From Lingula anatina (taxonomy: Eukaryota; Animalia; Brachiopoda): DNA of 64,000 nt. The notes under the pieces are model-generated. The model was not told the origin of the DNA. It saw nothing but the letters and a program-made list of their open reading frames with translations, and made no database searches. The stretch is from assembly GCA_051362555.1 (NCBI GenBank), contig CM120640.1, positions 1,736,001-1,800,000 of the forward strand, in the 5' to 3' direction. Positions 61,301-64,000 of the stretch are shown piece after piece (position 1 is the first letter of the stretch; the number at the start of each line of letters is the position of its first letter). A program made the translations under genes and the position numbers.

Positions 61301-64000
61301 AGCAAGAAACAGTAGTGCAAAAGAACCGTTCTATCTCATAATAGTCTCCAATGGTTGCCAAACATTCTTTTGGTTTAACTATGGCACAGACAAACACACA
61401 AAGCAAGCCAGTGTTGATAGCAGGGAGAGCTCCAGAAAACATGTAACACAACCACATCTCTGTCAGTGAGAGACCAAGGCAAGGTGGAAACCGGACCACT
61501 ACCATAAACAAACCATCTAAATTGCCTTTTAAAAAAAGCTCATGTCTCTAATAAGAAATGTTGCAGCTACTTATATCTGATCTTACATTGTGTGAGGTAT
61601 CAAAATACCAAAAGTTTCCATTAAAGTTTTCTCCAATCTAACAATTAATAGTCTTAGATCAATTCACTTTTTATTAAAATTACTCAAAACTGCAACAGCT
61701 ATTCCAGGTCTGATTGTTTCCTGCAGCTCAATTATTCGTATTTTCAACAGTGAGAATGATACCTGTCCTAATTACCCCCAAGGACCTAGCTGCTCCCATT
61801 TTCTTTGAGCATCGCAAATAAGTAATAAATATTACAGAAATTCCAAGTCTCAAGATGATCATTTTAAAATCAAGTTAATGTTATACAAGTGTTTGAGGAA
61901 ATAAAACCTTATGCACAATAGTACACTATGTGTATCAGGTAAAATCATAAGAAGTTTCCCAAAGTTCATCAAAAGCAAGCACCCCTTCTTCCCAGCTGAT
62001 TTAATGCTACACATGCAGCAATAGATGGTGAGAGTGCTTAGAACATGGCTCTACTACCACAATGACCAATAATAAAAGCTGAAATAGGACTAGACATACT
62101 TTCCAGCAACATGGTAAGGTATATACACTGTATCATCTCCAGTATAAAAACAATATTAAGTTATTTCACAGTAATTTTAACCTTTATTCAATGGCTGTGT
62201 TTAGTAAGTTACTGCAAGGAGTTATAACAGAAGGAGATTACACGCAAGCCTCTCTATTGTCCGATGTCTGTTACGGTGGGCGGAGCTAGCTACGGGGGGC
62301 CTCCTGTCTCAAGGTTTAGTCTGGGTCGCTCTCCTCCGCTTGGAGATTGATTTTATATGCGTTATTTCGCGTTAGAATTCGAGATCAGTAGTGTCAAAGC
62401 GGCGCTGTATGCTGACGATTTTTTTCACAGGTAGTTATTTGGACGATGTGCTGGGAGGGAACGATATCGTAGAAAGCGATTATAAGGTGGTGACTGAGGA
62501 TGGTCGCCATGAGTTTTTTTGAGTCGGTGATAGATGGCTTTTCTTTTGAACAACACAGTGAAAAATCACCAAGGATAAGTCAAAAGAAAACGTCCCAACT
62601 GTGGTTTGTGAAAATGACATTCAAGTGAACGTCTGTCCTCACTGCCAAAGGGCATTATATTAATACATAAACGTTTGGACCCCCAGCCCTTTGGTCCCAT
62701 AAACATATACATTGAGACAGTGCCTAAGCTTTGTGACTGGTTTTTAATTTCTTTAAGTATTTTTTTCTCTCACTCGGTATAATTTTAATATCATAATGCA
62801 CTAAAGTGAAATTTTAATCTAAGGTTGAGGCAATTCCACGACATGTCAGTTTACTAAATACTCGTTATAAATTTCTTTATCTTGGAAATCTCCCTTTTAA
62901 TTTTCAGGATTATTTTGACACATACTAACCCTTCTTATTTGTCGGTAAACAAGTGCACAGTGCTCAACATTAAGTATAATTTTTATTCATTCATAAATAT
63001 ATTTATATTCAAAATATATCAGAAATTTTAGTATTAACTGAGCTCTTTAAAGTGAAACAAATAAAGATGAGAATTTTGAATTTCAACTATTATTTACTAT
63101 ATTAACTTAAAATATCTTTTAAGTCAACTCTATACTCAAGCATCATGATAGTAGCATCTGTGAGTAAAACCATTTTATTATATCATTAGAAGAACAAAAA
63201 CAAAATTTTACACATAAGCAGTAATTAATGAAGTCATAAGAATGATTAAGTTGCTATAGTTTTCCAGTTTTATGCAGTCTGTGTTGGAATTTTTTTCAAC
63301 TGTGCAAATAGAAATAATTATATTCTTTTTTTATCTGACTTGCTGATACCAGTCTGTGCCAGATACTATTCCACTCACAGGCCAGCAAGGTCTGAGAATC
63401 TAATGGGCTGAATGAAAAAAAAAAACCCTAGAAGATAAAGTGGCTAATTCTTACAAATAGGATAAAAAACATGGGATTTTCAAAAGGTTATTATAAATCA
63501 AGAGAACACTTAGTAATTACATTTATAAAATGAACTGGAGTACATGTTACAGCTGAAAAAATTAACTGGGCCAGTAAGTGACTGCTTTAAAGAAATTTCA
63601 CTGAAACAGTCCAAATTTTACTGGCAATCAAGTAGACTGTTATACCATGGCACTCAACAAATTATATATAGGTTTTGATTTTTTTCCACGTGACAGTAAC
63701 ATAAAATTTATGTCAACTTTTGAAATGTATAGAGTCAGTTAGGTGACTGAAAATATTTTAAAATGCCATGAAGGAGCACTATTAATTTAATGCAATCTCT
63801 GTTGGCCAGTCTTATCCAGTTTCTTCTCCAAAAAGGACAAACCAAGTGAGAATTTCTTCAGGGCCCTTTCTTCTGCCTGCCAATGCCTTGCCACTCAGAA
63901 AAGAGAGAAACCTGTAGGTTAGAAAAAAAAAACATAATAATAGCATTATGAACTACTAGTATCCATGTAGACATTATGGAATTACGCAGTGAAGTTTAAT

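Noticed and set aside
55351-62200. Short ORFs (60-103 aa) in the right-hand region
   Set aside because: AT-rich, with no recognisable domains or consistent exon chains. Consistent with 3' UTR and intergenic or intronic DNA.

Overview
AT-rich, intron-rich animal genomic DNA, probably a marine invertebrate (mollusc-like, inferred from gene and repeat content). No prokaryotic features. Gene content from left to right: (1) the last two exons of a TIR-domain gene; (2) a 45-exon type II membrane sucrase-isomaltase/maltase-glucoamylase-like gene with two tandem trefoil+GH31 modules (4374-32865, +); (3) an intronless ankyrin-repeat gene (-); (4) an intronless 428-aa ORF of unknown function (+); (5) a myophilin/transgelin-like calponin-family gene with a duplicated, probably mutually exclusive exon. 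The most unusual part is the 5.65-kb glucosidase intron 18256-23910. It holds an apparently intact, same-strand, 5-exon atypical protein kinase gene (catalytic loop LFDLKPDN). After the kinase comes a TA-flanked Tc1/IS630-like element with 25-bp TIRs that carries a BEN-domain gene and a transposase remnant, followed by a possible Helitron-like 3' end. Also present: a decayed DD34E Tc1 element, several MITE families (one nested), microsatellites, a likely gene-conversion tract between the two GH31 halves, and a splice donor overlapping what looks like the ancestral stop codon at the module junction. All gene models were read by eye from splice signals and frame continuity, with no transcript data.
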